Below are positions 20,901-28,989 of a stretch of DNA of 64,000 bases, piece after piece (position 1 is the stretch's first letter; each line of letters begins with the position of its first letter). This stretch comes from Bacillota bacterium (GTDB lineage: Bacteria; Bacillota; Clostridia; Acetivibrionales; JAEXSP01). The position numbers and the translations under genes are program-made. A model generated the notes under the pieces. The model was given only the letters and a program-made list of their open reading frames with translations. It searched no databases and was not told where the DNA came from. Location of the stretch: positions 1 through 64,000 of the forward strand of contig JAEXSP010000010.1 in assembly GCA_023453795.1 (NCBI GenBank). Reading direction: 5' to 3'.

Positions 20901-23728
20901 GTCACGAAAACTCTTAAAAGGGTTACTGTTACTGCATTAATCATCATATATGCCTGATAAGGCAAAAAGCAAAAAGCTAGAATGGCTTGAAAAAATACCG
21001 ATTTAACGCCGGACATGACATGCAGGTGCCGTTTTACCCTTCCGGCTCCGATTCGTCCTGAAAGCACCAAATCTATAATTGATGTAAATAACGGAACAAA
21101 AATCACAGCCAGAGCAAAACAAAGCCAAAGCAGACTGCTTCCCGCAAGAATGCTGAATCCGGCTAATATCAGGAGCAGTATTGAAGGCTGTACAAGGCTT
21201 CTTCGTATATTGTCAAATATCTTCCATCTTGAAAGCAAGGGCAGAGGATTTTTAATTTTTTGATTATTCCTGTCGGTTACTCTTGCCCTGAGCCAGGGAA
21301 CAAGCTGCCAGTCCCCCCTTATCCAACGGTGGAGTCTGGAAATGAATGAACTGTATTTTGAAGGGTATGAGTCAACCAGCTCCAGGTCTGTTACAAGACC
21401 TGTCCTTACATAAGAACCCTCAAGAAGGTCATGGCTGAGTATTGTGTTTTCGGGAATCGCATCTTTAAGAATGCTCTGAAATACGTTCAAGTCATAAATC
21501 CCTTTCCCAGTGAAGATTCCCTCTCCGAACAGATCCTGATAAACATCTGAAACTGCGCTGGAATAAGGATCCATTCCCTCCTGGCCTGTATAGATCTTTG
21601 ACAGCAGTGATCTATTCGAGCTCTCAATATCAAATGAAATCCGTGGCTGCATAAGCCCGTAGCCTTTAGTGACTATTCCCCTTTTTTTATCTGTTACCGG
21701 CCTGTTCAGAGGATGTGCCATTGTACCGATCATTTTTCTTGCCATGCCCATGGGCAAAATTGTATCTGCATCCAGAGTTATTACATATTGTATGTCAGCA
21801 GGCATGGCTTCGCTTGAAATGTATTTGAAATCAGCATTACCTTTGCCTAAAAGCAAATCATTGAATTCTAACAAGGCTCCCCTTTTTCGTTCCCATCCCA
21901 TCCATTTTTCATTAGCTTCATTAAATGTTCTTTCCCTGTGAAAGAAGTAGAAAATGTCCTTTTTACCGTTGGAGTACTTCCTGTTAAGTTCATTAATCCC
22001 CTGAAGTGCTGTTGAAACAATATTTTCATCCCCGGGTTCATTCTGATGTTTGGAATCTTTGAAGTCTCCGACTAAGGCAAAGAAAAGGTTTTCTCCTTTG
22101 TTTGCAAGATAATGGCTTTCAAGGTTTTCCAGAAGGCCTGCCACTCTATTTTCATCCGAAAGGAGCGCAGGTATTGCAATCATAGTTGAATATTCCTCCG
22201 GAATCCCTTCCTTATATTCAAACCTTGGGAAAAAGGCAGGCTTGAATATCTTGCAGGAAATCCAGTTAGTCAGGCATAAGGCAATTTCAGAAGAGGGAAT
22301 AAGCACAGCCAGACAACCCAAAACAGCAAAAATCCATTTCATACTCTGAGCTGCCATAAAGGAATAATAAGCTGCTGCTGCTGTTAAAACTGCAGTAATA
22401 ATAAGCATAAGACCGTAATAAAATGTTCCGGGATAGTGCTTTACTATATCTGCTGCCTTTCTTACCGGTTTTGTTTTATAATCAATCCTATCTTCGAGGT
22501 CTTTTACCCCATTATCAATAAGGTAGTATCCCACATGACAAGCTCTTTTAACTTGAATATCATTAGCACCTACATTTTTCGCTTGTTCATAAGCTGCTTT
22601 TGCAAGTTTAACTGCTTCCTTGGCTATATGAAATTCCGAGACCTGATAGCCCGAGGCAAGCTTTTCAATCCTGCTCCTGTAATAGCTTCTCGAATTGAGA
22701 TCCATCATAGGATAAGTTCCGTCAGGATCCTCCCTCAAAACCTGTTCAACATGGCTTGCAGCTTCCAGTATGTTTATCCAATCCAGTGCGGATACAAGCT
22801 TAAGGCTAGTTATACAATTTCCTATTGAAACAGTATTTACCGCCTGAGCATTATGCTCTTTCTGAGTTATGCTTTCCATGGCGGTTCCTGACTTTTCAAG
22901 ATAGTCATCTATATATTTAAGTACATGGATATAACCTTGGCCGGCCCTTCTCAGCCTGTAGAACAAATGATCGATGAACGCAGAATTGATGCCGTCCATT
23001 GTTTTCGTTCCGCTTTTAAACAGCTTCATGACGCTGTCTGCTCCGGCATCCTCATTGGACATCGCTTCATCCAATATTTCATCCACCTTATTCCATTGCG
23101 TCTGCGTATCTTTGATTTTTTCACAAACCTGCCTTATCTCCTCGATAAGGGCAAGCCTGATGAAGGTCGGTATTGCCCAAATCTCTCTGTCGAAAAGATA
23201 TCCGTGAGATTGGTAAGCCTTGAGGTAGTTCAAAATAATGCTTTCATCTGCCTGTCCGTCTGTATGTCCGATTATATCCAGCGCAACGGCAAAAACTCTT
23301 GCATAGCCCTTCAATACGCCGCATTTCAGAACAGGCAGCCTTGAATAGTCATACTTGTTCAGACCGTTTCTAATATCTTTTACCTGCTCCTCGATTATGT
23401 AAAAATTATCAAGCAGCCATTCAGCCGCCGGAGCAAGAGAATGCTTTCTTCGTACATCTTCATTCAGATCTTTATAAACAGAACTTATGTAGCTGTAATT
23501 ATCATTCATTCTCGGAAGAGGCCATCCCGAAAGATTCTGCTTCCTGGACACAGAATGCTCTATTGCCGTTTTCTTTGCATGAAGCTCAAGCTCTTCGCAG
23601 GTTAAAGAATCATTACGTATTTTCAGAATTCGCGTTCTCTTGCTTTTGAATACGATGAATGAAAATAGCAGTACAATTATTGCAATAGCAATGCCGATCT
23701 CAATATAAATGCTTGTATAAGGGAACAT
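14972..23728 (-). CDS. Giant membrane-anchored glycosyltransferase/phosphorylase: cyclic beta-1,2-glucan synthase-like (GT84 + GH94; Cgs/NdvB/ChvB family)
   Basis: 2918 aa. N-terminal TM segments, a GT-A DxD region (YVITLDADTILP), and a C-terminal GH94 region with the GDWNDG catalytic segment and a cellobiose-phosphorylase-like N-domain (WYENSRENKLTPWSNDPV). Confidence 0.85.
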   Translation of the reverse strand: MFPYTSIYIEIGIAIAIIVLLFSFIVFKSKRTRILKIRNDSLTCEELELHAKKTAIEHSVSRKQNLSGWPLPRMNDNYSYISSVYKDLNEDVRRKHSLAPAAEWLLDNFYIIEEQVKDIRNGLNKYDYSRLPVLKCGVLKGYARVFAVALDIIGHTDGQADESIILNYLKAYQSHGYLFDREIWAIPTFIRLALIEEIRQVCEKIKDTQTQWNKVDEILDEAMSNEDAGADSVMKLFKSGTKTMDGINSAFIDHLFYRLRRAGQGYIHVLKYIDDYLEKSGTAMESITQKEHNAQAVNTVSIGNCITSLKLVSALDWINILEAASHVEQVLREDPDGTYPMMDLNSRSYYRSRIEKLASGYQVSEFHIAKEAVKLAKAAYEQAKNVGANDIQVKRACHVGYYLIDNGVKDLEDRIDYKTKPVRKAADIVKHYPGTFYYGLMLIITAVLTAAAAYYSFMAAQSMKWIFAVLGCLAVLIPSSEIALCLTNWISCKIFKPAFFPRFEYKEGIPEEYSTMIAIPALLSDENRVAGLLENLESHYLANKGENLFFALVGDFKDSKHQNEPGDENIVSTALQGINELNRKYSNGKKDIFYFFHRERTFNEANEKWMGWERKRGALLEFNDLLLGKGNADFKYISSEAMPADIQYVITLDADTILPMGMARKMIGTMAHPLNRPVTDKKRGIVTKGYGLMQPRISFDIESSNRSLLSKIYTGQEGMDPYSSAVSDVYQDLFGEGIFTGKGIYDLNVFQSILKDAIPENTILSHDLLEGSYVRTGLVTDLELVDSYPSKYSSFISRLHRWIRGDWQLVPWLRARVTDRNNQKIKNPLPLLSRWKIFDNIRRSLVQPSILLLILAGFSILAGSSLLWLCFALAVIFVPLFTSIIDLVLSGRIGAGRVKRHLHVMSGVKSVFFQAILAFCFLPYQAYMMINAVTVTLLRVFVTKRNMLEWVTAADAERGQKNSVSSYWRKMYISSAMGLLVCILSILLKPGWFVYSIIPLVFWTASPQVAFYISREQEDKIPVLPEAGRMELRKIARKTYRYFEEFANFRNHYLIPDNFQEDPPRGIAYRTSPTNIGLGLLAILSARDMGYISTSEMAGLLENAVLTIERLDKWNGHLYNWYDTRTLKPLRPGYISTVDSGNFVCYLITLIQGLKEYLDAPLIDKAFIHGFMDIINILGRGGDESGFATGTLKEIEVKKTIDPVLWKSALNELSEYFNLSNARKISWESKGANAVKMFNNELADIMPWVNLLADIPDGLVNNQKYEKVLEQTKAIAEMLKENICLNGLPEHYMRAISMTDRLRGDLVAIDADISSIGWLETLKGLLAASVEHSQSLISRIKGLCERLSIISEEIKFLPLYVEKKQLFSIGYNIEENRLTNSFYDLFASEARQTSYIAIARGEVEPRHWGKLGRALTVLDGYKGLVSWTGTMFEYLMPLLLMKSFKNTLLDETYSFVIRSQKKYGKLRGMPWGASESGFNSLDVSLDYQYKAIGVPWLGLKRGLIQDAVAAPYATFLALLVDPVSAYENILMLKNEGLEGAYGYYEAVDYTPERLPFGEKRAIVKSYMAHHQGMSLLSLNNFLNSNAMQRRFHADPVVRAARLLLQEKVPSSVIITKESKEKVMPFKDAVYKEKGPIRKYTAPDPVLPKTHILSNGNYSIMITDKGTGFSRNKMATVTRWREDSVRDSYGMFFYLRNIESNSVWTSTYAPFNVMPEKYEVVFTQDKAMFRRRDGDIETMTEVITASGDNVEIRKVSLKNYGKTASTIDITSYFEVVLAPQSADVAHPAFSNLFIKTDFLHDRKCLVANRRPRSESDKSTWIANRVVADGEIIGDIQYETDRAQFIGRGNTAANPAAINRAKPLSNTVGAVLDPIMSIKIRIKAEPGKITKISFVTIVSEYEEPLLALVDKYSTVDSIEGAFRLALIRSQVEAKYLNRKAAEIELYQEMLSSIVFVSPVRRLYSERVAKNRKGQSSLWAYGISGDLPIVLVILKKTDETDILFEVLKAHEYWRLLGLNVDLVVLSDEENSYTNPLFGLLSDMVLSIYTNDILNKSGGVFLIDTNKMPDEDVDLLYAAARIILRGDAGSIAEQVKIKNKMHYPKKLEISKEASSFEKLEPNEEKLEYFNGLGGFGSNGNEYVIRLEKDQNTPAPWINVIANSKFGFIVSESGSGYTWYENSRENKLTPWSNDPVSDPPGEVLYIRDNETGRFWSPTPLPVRDENAYIVRHGFGYTAFEHNTMGIEQSLIQFVPVKESVKISIVKLRNFSEKARNISLFYYIRPVLGVSDQVTSMHIRTAFDETGALIIENPYNEEFKGKVSFITTEGEVSYTGDRKEFLGSGSIGTPDALRREKLSGTAGTGYDSCAALQVVINIPQGAAKEMVFLFGAADNYDEAKSIMLKYKDLDNAKKALEEAVKFWKDKIGTIKVHTPDASMDLMLNGWLMYQVISCRLWSRSAFYQSGGAFGFRDQLQDCLPLLSVWPEFPREQILYHARHQFVEGDVQHWWHEPLGKGTRTRFSDDLLWLPYVTAEYVRVTGDYTILDLETPYIEDEPLREFEDERYTAPTVSNTKGTVYEHCLRAIEKGLKFGKHGLPLMGSGDWNDGMSTVGNLGFGESVWLGWFICSVLESFSKICRKKNDDATADRYAEIRSKLASAIDENAWDGNWYRRAYFDSGIPLGSVNNSECKIDSIAQTWSVISGAGEPKKVLQAMCSLEDYLVQKEDCLIKLLTPPFDEGDLEPGYIKGYVPGVRENGGQYTHAAAWVIIAFAELGEGDKAWEFFELINPINHTRTFMEYSRYKAEPYVMAADVYAVHPHTGRGGWTWYTGSAGWVYRAGVEYLLGFRKNGDSVVMEPCIPKRWKEYEINYKFIDTAYKIKVKNPQGINKGVLSIALDGTKMQGNSFVLINDGSRHEVEVIMGK

Positions 23729-23913
23729 TCAATCAACCACTCCTGTTGTTCAAAATGCTGTTCATAGTTTTATATAGTTGATATTGTTATGTTCTGCCAA
23801 ATCTCCAATTTTAATGAGTGGTATTGTTTTACAAATTTATTTTTTAAAATTCTTTATGTAACTTTTCGTCACTTTTTCCGAATAATTATTGAATCAATTT
23901 TTTGGGGGAACAG

Positions 23914-24441
23914 ATGAAGAATGATAATGATGCTCTGATTGAAGGCTTTAAAACCGGAAATCATGAGAGCTTCGAAAAGCTTATGATAAAATACCGCCTG
24001 CCGGCAGCCAAATTTGCCTCAAGGTACCTTAAAGACGGCTATGCCGTTGAAGAAGCGGTTCAGGAAAGCTTTGCGGCTCTCTATGTATCAAGGGATAAGT
24101 TTAACAGGGAATTTTCCTTCAAGACCTATCTTTTTTCCATAGTGAAAAACAAGTGTATAGATTACATGAGGAGAAAAACGACTCTTCCGCTTGATGATTC
24201 ATACATTTCTATTGCCCCGTCTCCCGAAACAGAAGTAATAATAAGGGAACACCGCAATTATGTTCGTATGAAATTAAACCAGCTTAAGGAGGATTACCGT
24301 ACGGTCCTATACCTTAAAGAGTATGAAAATTTCAGTTACTCAGAAATCGCCGAGATAATGGGAAGAAACCTTGGTCAGATCAAGATACTTATTTACAGGG
24401 CAAGAAAAAGTTTAAAAGCCATGTTGGAAAGCGAGGTATGA
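23914..24441 (+). CDS. ECF (sigma-70 group IV) RNA polymerase sigma factor
   Basis: Region 2 (FEKLMIKYRLPAAKFASRYL...AVQESF) and region 4 HTH (YRTVLYLKEYENFSYSEIAEIMGRNLGQIKILIYRARKSL). The ATG at 23914 with RBS GGGGGAA is preferred over the track's TTG at 23902. Confidence 0.85.
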   Translation: MKNDNDALIEGFKTGNHESFEKLMIKYRLPAAKFASRYLKDGYAVEEAVQESFAALYVSRDKFNREFSFKTYLFSIVKNKCIDYMRRKTTLPLDDSYISIAPSPETEVIIREHRNYVRMKLNQLKEDYRTVLYLKEYENFSYSEIAEIMGRNLGQIKILIYRARKSLKAMLESEV

Positions 24442-24755
24442 AGATGGAAGCCAAATCGGATGAAAAAGCTTTTATTGAAGGTGTCTGGCGAAAGGTCAGG
24501 TATCTGGAATACCAGAAAAGAGAAGAAGCTCTATTAAAAAAGCTACAATGTGATTACAGAAAAAAAAGATTAAAGTCGGCAATCTGCATTTTGCCTGTTA
24601 TTGCAGCGGCAACAATTTCAATGTTGAGTATTACCGGAGTCGGAATGTTTTCCTTAATTGTCCTGGGAGGCTTATATATGGCCGCAGGCGTTTGCTATGA
24701 ATACATCCCGGACCTGAATTACCGAAGGAGGCAGCAGCATGAATATACAAATTGA
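24438..24755 (+). CDS. Small membrane protein, putative anti-sigma factor
   Basis: Overlaps the sigma gene stop (ATGA). It has a cytoplasmic N-segment plus TM helices. The call rests on position and topology only. Confidence 0.45.
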   Translation: MKMEAKSDEKAFIEGVWRKVRYLEYQKREEALLKKLQCDYRKKRLKSAICILPVIAAATISMLSITGVGMFSLIVLGGLYMAAGVCYEYIPDLNYRRRQQHEYTN

Positions 24756-25632
24756 AGGTTTAATTAAGAATTACGGGTCAAAAAAGGCATTATCAGACAT
24801 TAATCTTGAGATAGGTGTAGGAATGTTCGGTTTGCTTGGACCAAACGGTGCCGGTAAAACAACATTAATGAGAATTCTCGCCACTCTGTTAAAGAAAAGC
24901 GGCGGTTCTGTTCTTCTGGACCGCATAAGAATCGAGGATAAAAGGCAGATACGCAGAATAATAGGCTACCTGCCGCAGGAATTTTCATTCTTTTCCGGAT
25001 TCACAGTATACGAAGCAATGGATTATCTTGCTCTCCTTTCCGGGATTAAGAACTCTGCTGAACGGAAAAAGCTAATTTATGAACTGCTGGAAAAGGTTAA
25101 CCTGACTCAGGCACTTAAAGCCAAAGTCAAGGCTCTTTCCGGCGGAATGAAGCAAAGGCTTGGAATAGCCCAGGCTCTTTTGAACAACCCTCAGCTTTTA
25201 ATAGTAGATGAACCGACTTCCGGTCTTGACCCCGAAGAGCGCAATAAGTTCCGCAACATGCTGTGCGAATTCGCATACCAAAGAACAGTCATCCTTTCGA
25301 CACATATTGTAAGCGATATTGAGTCAACCTGTGAGAAATTGGCTGTTTTAAAGAAAGGCCGTCTTGTCTATAACGGAAGTGTCAGTGAACTGCTTGGCAC
25401 TGCAAAAGGGAAGGTTTGGGAAATGACTTTGGATAAACGCCAATGGGAAGGTATGAAACTTGACGCACAATCAAAAAAACTTGAGATAATATCCTCACTT
25501 TCCGAAGGACAGAGTATTCATCTCAGGCTTCTTTCCCCGGAAATACCTTATCCAAACGCCCAACCTGTTCAGGCCGGTCTGGAGGATGCATACATGCTTC
25601 TTATTAAGGAGGTTGAACAGACATGTTTTTGA
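24739..25632 (+). CDS. ABC transporter ATP-binding protein (ABC-2 subtype)
   Basis: Walker A GPNGAGKTT, signature LSGGMKQRLGIAQAL and Walker B LLIVDEPTSGLD. Confidence 0.85.
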   Translation: MNIQIEGLIKNYGSKKALSDINLEIGVGMFGLLGPNGAGKTTLMRILATLLKKSGGSVLLDRIRIEDKRQIRRIIGYLPQEFSFFSGFTVYEAMDYLALLSGIKNSAERKKLIYELLEKVNLTQALKAKVKALSGGMKQRLGIAQALLNNPQLLIVDEPTSGLDPEERNKFRNMLCEFAYQRTVILSTHIVSDIESTCEKLAVLKKGRLVYNGSVSELLGTAKGKVWEMTLDKRQWEGMKLDAQSKKLEIISSLSEGQSIHLRLLSPEIPYPNAQPVQAGLEDAYMLLIKEVEQTCF

Positions 25633-27140
25633 GACTTACACTGAAGGAACTGAAATTTCTTTTCAAGAGCATCACCTTTTATTTGCTTTTGGGTATTATT
25701 TTGCTTTTTTATATCACCCAATACGGGGAATCTGGACCTTTAGCAGCAAATAAGCCCTTACAACCGCTTAGCGAAATGCAGTTCATGTATACAAAGCTTC
25801 TTGAGGACTATAACGACGGCCATTTGTTAAATAAGCCTATTCTTCAGTCCTATAAGGGAATTGATAAAAACAGCAAGGGGCTTCCTAAAGATTATGTAAA
25901 CCGCTACAAAAAAGCTGACTATAAATTAAGCACAAAGGAGAAAGCCGCAATCAAGGCTGCAATAGAAAGGATGAATCCCGGCGGAAGCATGAAAAATGAG
26001 AACATATATAAAATTAAGTTTTCCGTAACCGAGGAGGATTATAAAAAAATAATGAAAAAATTGGACTCAGCTCTCGGAGGCTGCACTTATTATGCCGATC
26101 CCGAGGCAAAAGGAGCCCTGCTTTCATACCAAAATCCATACGGCTCAACAGAGATAACCGACCCTCTTGAAAAAATGAATAATACCTATAATGACATGAA
26201 AAATGCTTTAGATACAGGCAGCATAACAGTATATAAGCTGGGCTTTGCTACTAAAATGCGCTTAAGTGACGAAAAAAAAGCCATGATATCAGAAGCAATG
26301 AGCAGGCTGAGTTCCGGCAGCAGTCAAAACAAACAAACCTTCAAGATTAGCTACAATCAGTTTCGGGATATTGTCAAAAAGCTTGATAAAAAGCTTGGTT
26401 TAAACCAATTTGAGAAAACCCTTGAAGGGAAAAACAATTTTAGAATTCAAACCTATAAGGAAGCCCTTGCCAGCTTCAAGGAGCTGCTTGCAAAGGATAA
26501 GCTTACAAATGCCTACGCCAGATGTCTCGCAGATTATATGGGTATTACTGCAGGATTGTTTCCTATCTTTTTATCCGCATTTGCTCTTACAAGAGACCGG
26601 AGAAGCCGGATGCATGAACTTATATACTGCAGGCCCGCTAGCTCGCTCAGTTATGTTTTCTCGAAATTTACAGCTATAACTGCTGCTGTTACCCTTTGCT
26701 ATACAGCCGTTGCCACCCATTCAACAATTGTGTTCTCTTCCTTGGGAAGGACTTACGGTTATAATATTGACTACCTTGCCTTTTATAAGTATACCCTTGC
26801 TTGGGTTCTTCCAACTGTCCTTTTTGTTGTTGCTTTTGGTTTTATTGTCTCGATTCTTTTCAGAAACGGCATTATTGCCATTGTACTTCAGCTTTTTATA
26901 TGGTTTAGCTCACTGCTCCCTCTAAGCGGAGATTACAGGCTTTTCAAACCCGTCATACGCTTTAATGAAGTCGGTAATTATGAACAATTCAAAATCTGGG
27001 CAGGAGACATTGCTCTAAACAGAGTATTTTTCACCTTGTTATCAATCTTAATGGTAATTGCTGCTTCCCTAGTTTTATCCAGGAGGAGGTCATCAGGGAA
27101 TGGAAGTATTATCTCACTCTTTAGGAATAATAAAGTATAA
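25623..27140 (+). CDS. ABC-2-type transporter permease with large extracytoplasmic domain
   Basis: N-terminal TM, a hydrophilic loop of about 270 aa, then 5 C-terminal TM helices. Translationally coupled to the upstream ATPase. Confidence 0.6.
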   Translation: MFLRLTLKELKFLFKSITFYLLLGIILLFYITQYGESGPLAANKPLQPLSEMQFMYTKLLEDYNDGHLLNKPILQSYKGIDKNSKGLPKDYVNRYKKADYKLSTKEKAAIKAAIERMNPGGSMKNENIYKIKFSVTEEDYKKIMKKLDSALGGCTYYADPEAKGALLSYQNPYGSTEITDPLEKMNNTYNDMKNALDTGSITVYKLGFATKMRLSDEKKAMISEAMSRLSSGSSQNKQTFKISYNQFRDIVKKLDKKLGLNQFEKTLEGKNNFRIQTYKEALASFKELLAKDKLTNAYARCLADYMGITAGLFPIFLSAFALTRDRRSRMHELIYCRPASSLSYVFSKFTAITAAVTLCYTAVATHSTIVFSSLGRTYGYNIDYLAFYKYTLAWVLPTVLFVVAFGFIVSILFRNGIIAIVLQLFIWFSSLLPLSGDYRLFKPVIRFNEVGNYEQFKIWAGDIALNRVFFTLLSILMVIAASLVLSRRRSSGNGSIISLFRNNKV

Positions 27141-27729
27141 CATTAAGCTCTGCTTCGGACTGAATTATATAGCTGCCTTTTTATTTGCAGCATCTGCATT
27201 TTTCTTCTTTGACCTGAAGTATATGTCCATGAATGATGTGTCTCAAATCGGAGAACTCTTTCTTTCAATTACAGGAATTATAATGCTGCCAAGCATTATA
27301 CACATAGAAGAGAGCGAAAATGCAAATGAGGCAGTCTTTACAAAAAGAACCCCTTATTACCTGACAATAGCCCTAAGGATGCTTATTACCTTTGCAGCCC
27401 TGGCCCTTGTATTATTTATCATCATTTTCTACTGTAAGATAAACAGTGGGAGTTTTGATTTGCTCAAAGTCTGGTCAGGCATATATATTTCAGCCTTGTA
27501 CCTTGGAATAGCCGGAATCACCGCCGTTAACATTACAAAGGAGTTAGTGCCGGGCTACCTTGTCTCTCTTGGGTATTTTGCATTTGAATTCTTTACTCAC
27601 GGAAAATATACCTCTGCGTTTTATGCATTCAGTCTTGTAAATAATGATTACAGCCCCAAACTAAGAATTCTGGCGATTATAATCATACTTATTTCGATAA
27701 ACCTGATCCTCGTAAAAAAGAGAAGCTGA
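27100..27729 (+). CDS. Integral membrane protein (hypothetical; ABC-2 permease-like)
   Basis: About 6 predicted TM helices. Last gene of the sigma/ABC operon. Confidence 0.5.
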   Translation: MEVLSHSLGIIKYNIKLCFGLNYIAAFLFAASAFFFFDLKYMSMNDVSQIGELFLSITGIIMLPSIIHIEESENANEAVFTKRTPYYLTIALRMLITFAALALVLFIIIFYCKINSGSFDLLKVWSGIYISALYLGIAGITAVNITKELVPGYLVSLGYFAFEFFTHGKYTSAFYAFSLVNNDYSPKLRILAIIIILISINLILVKKRS

Positions 27730-27730
27730 T

Positions 27731-28975
27731 TCAAGCTTCATGAGGCTTTCTAAGCTTCCTGAATATATATAGAGGTATCAGAAGCAGGACCATAGCCAGT
27801 CCGCATGCTCCGAACCCGATTCTTGCCCCGAAACGGTCTGTAAATATTCCCGTATAAAGGTTTCCAATCGGAGTGGAGCCTCCGAATACCAATGAGTATA
27901 CACTCATGACTCTGCCCCTGTATGCATCATCGGAAGCGAGCTGCATGGTGGAATTGGCACTGGAACTGAATGAAATGAATAGGAAGCCGGAAGCGGCAAG
28001 ACATAAACCGGCAAGAATAAATGAACCCGCAAAGCCTGTTGTTATCAAAAACAAGCCCAGTATAAGAGGAACAATATTCAAGAAGAATTTTCTCGGACTT
28101 GATTTACTCAAGGTTGCAAGCATCATTGCCCCAAGGAACGAGCCTATGCCTGTACAGGACATAAGAAACCCGAAGCCTGCAGCCTTCTGATGCAGAACTT
28201 CCTTGGCAAACACAGGAACCAGAACACTGAGGTTCATTGCAAAAATACCTACAATCAATACCATAAATATTGTGTCCCGTAGTATGTCCTTTTTATAGAT
28301 GTATAGGAGTCCGTCCTTAATATCGGTGATAATTCTGCCATCCCCCCGGGGCTCTTTTCTTGTTTCGCGAGGCCTTATAAAAAACAGGCTTAACAACACA
28401 GCACCGAAACTGATTGAATTAGCTAAGAAGCAGGCAGCTACTCCAAGATTGGCCATTATGATACCGGCTACAGTAGGTCCGATCACCCTGGCTATGTTGA
28501 AAACAGATGAATTAAGTGCAACAGCGTTTACAAGGTCTTCTTTCCCTACCATTTCAATTACAAAGGACTGTCGGGTAGGCATATCAAAGGTATTGACAAA
28601 ACCGAGTGCTATGGATAAAACAACAATATGCCAATAGGCTATTGTCCCTGTCAGAACCAATAGCGAAAGAATAAGTGTTATCAACATGGAAGAGCCTTGA
28701 GTTATCAAAAGTATTTTCTTTTTGGAAAATCGGTCAATTATGACTCCTGCAAAAAGTGACAGCAGTAATACGGGAGTAAATTGAAGAGCGCCTATAAGTG
28801 ATACAAGGAAAGGTGATCGTGTCAGATCGTACGCTAGCCAGGGCTGTGCAGTATTTTGCATCCATGTTCCGATCAGCGATACGCACATTCCAAGCCAGTA
28901 ATACCTGAAATTCTTATGTTTCAGAGAAGTAAACGGATTATTAAAACGTTTTTTGATGTTTGCTGCTTCAACCAT
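27731..28975 (-). CDS. MFS transporter (EntS/MFS_3-like efflux)
   Basis: 12-TM MFS architecture with the characteristic loop motif (GVIIDRFSKKKILL). Confidence 0.8.
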   Translation of the reverse strand: MVEAANIKKRFNNPFTSLKHKNFRYYWLGMCVSLIGTWMQNTAQPWLAYDLTRSPFLVSLIGALQFTPVLLLSLFAGVIIDRFSKKKILLITQGSSMLITLILSLLVLTGTIAYWHIVVLSIALGFVNTFDMPTRQSFVIEMVGKEDLVNAVALNSSVFNIARVIGPTVAGIIMANLGVAACFLANSISFGAVLLSLFFIRPRETRKEPRGDGRIITDIKDGLLYIYKKDILRDTIFMVLIVGIFAMNLSVLVPVFAKEVLHQKAAGFGFLMSCTGIGSFLGAMMLATLSKSSPRKFFLNIVPLILGLFLITTGFAGSFILAGLCLAASGFLFISFSSSANSTMQLASDDAYRGRVMSVYSLVFGGSTPIGNLYTGIFTDRFGARIGFGACGLAMVLLLIPLYIFRKLRKPHEA

Positions 28976-28989
28976 TGTTATACCCTTTT

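Noticed and set aside
23902-23913. TTG start proposed by the track for the ECF sigma factor.
   Set aside because: An in-frame ATG 12 nt downstream is correctly spaced from a GGGGGAA RBS, so the ATG was preferred.
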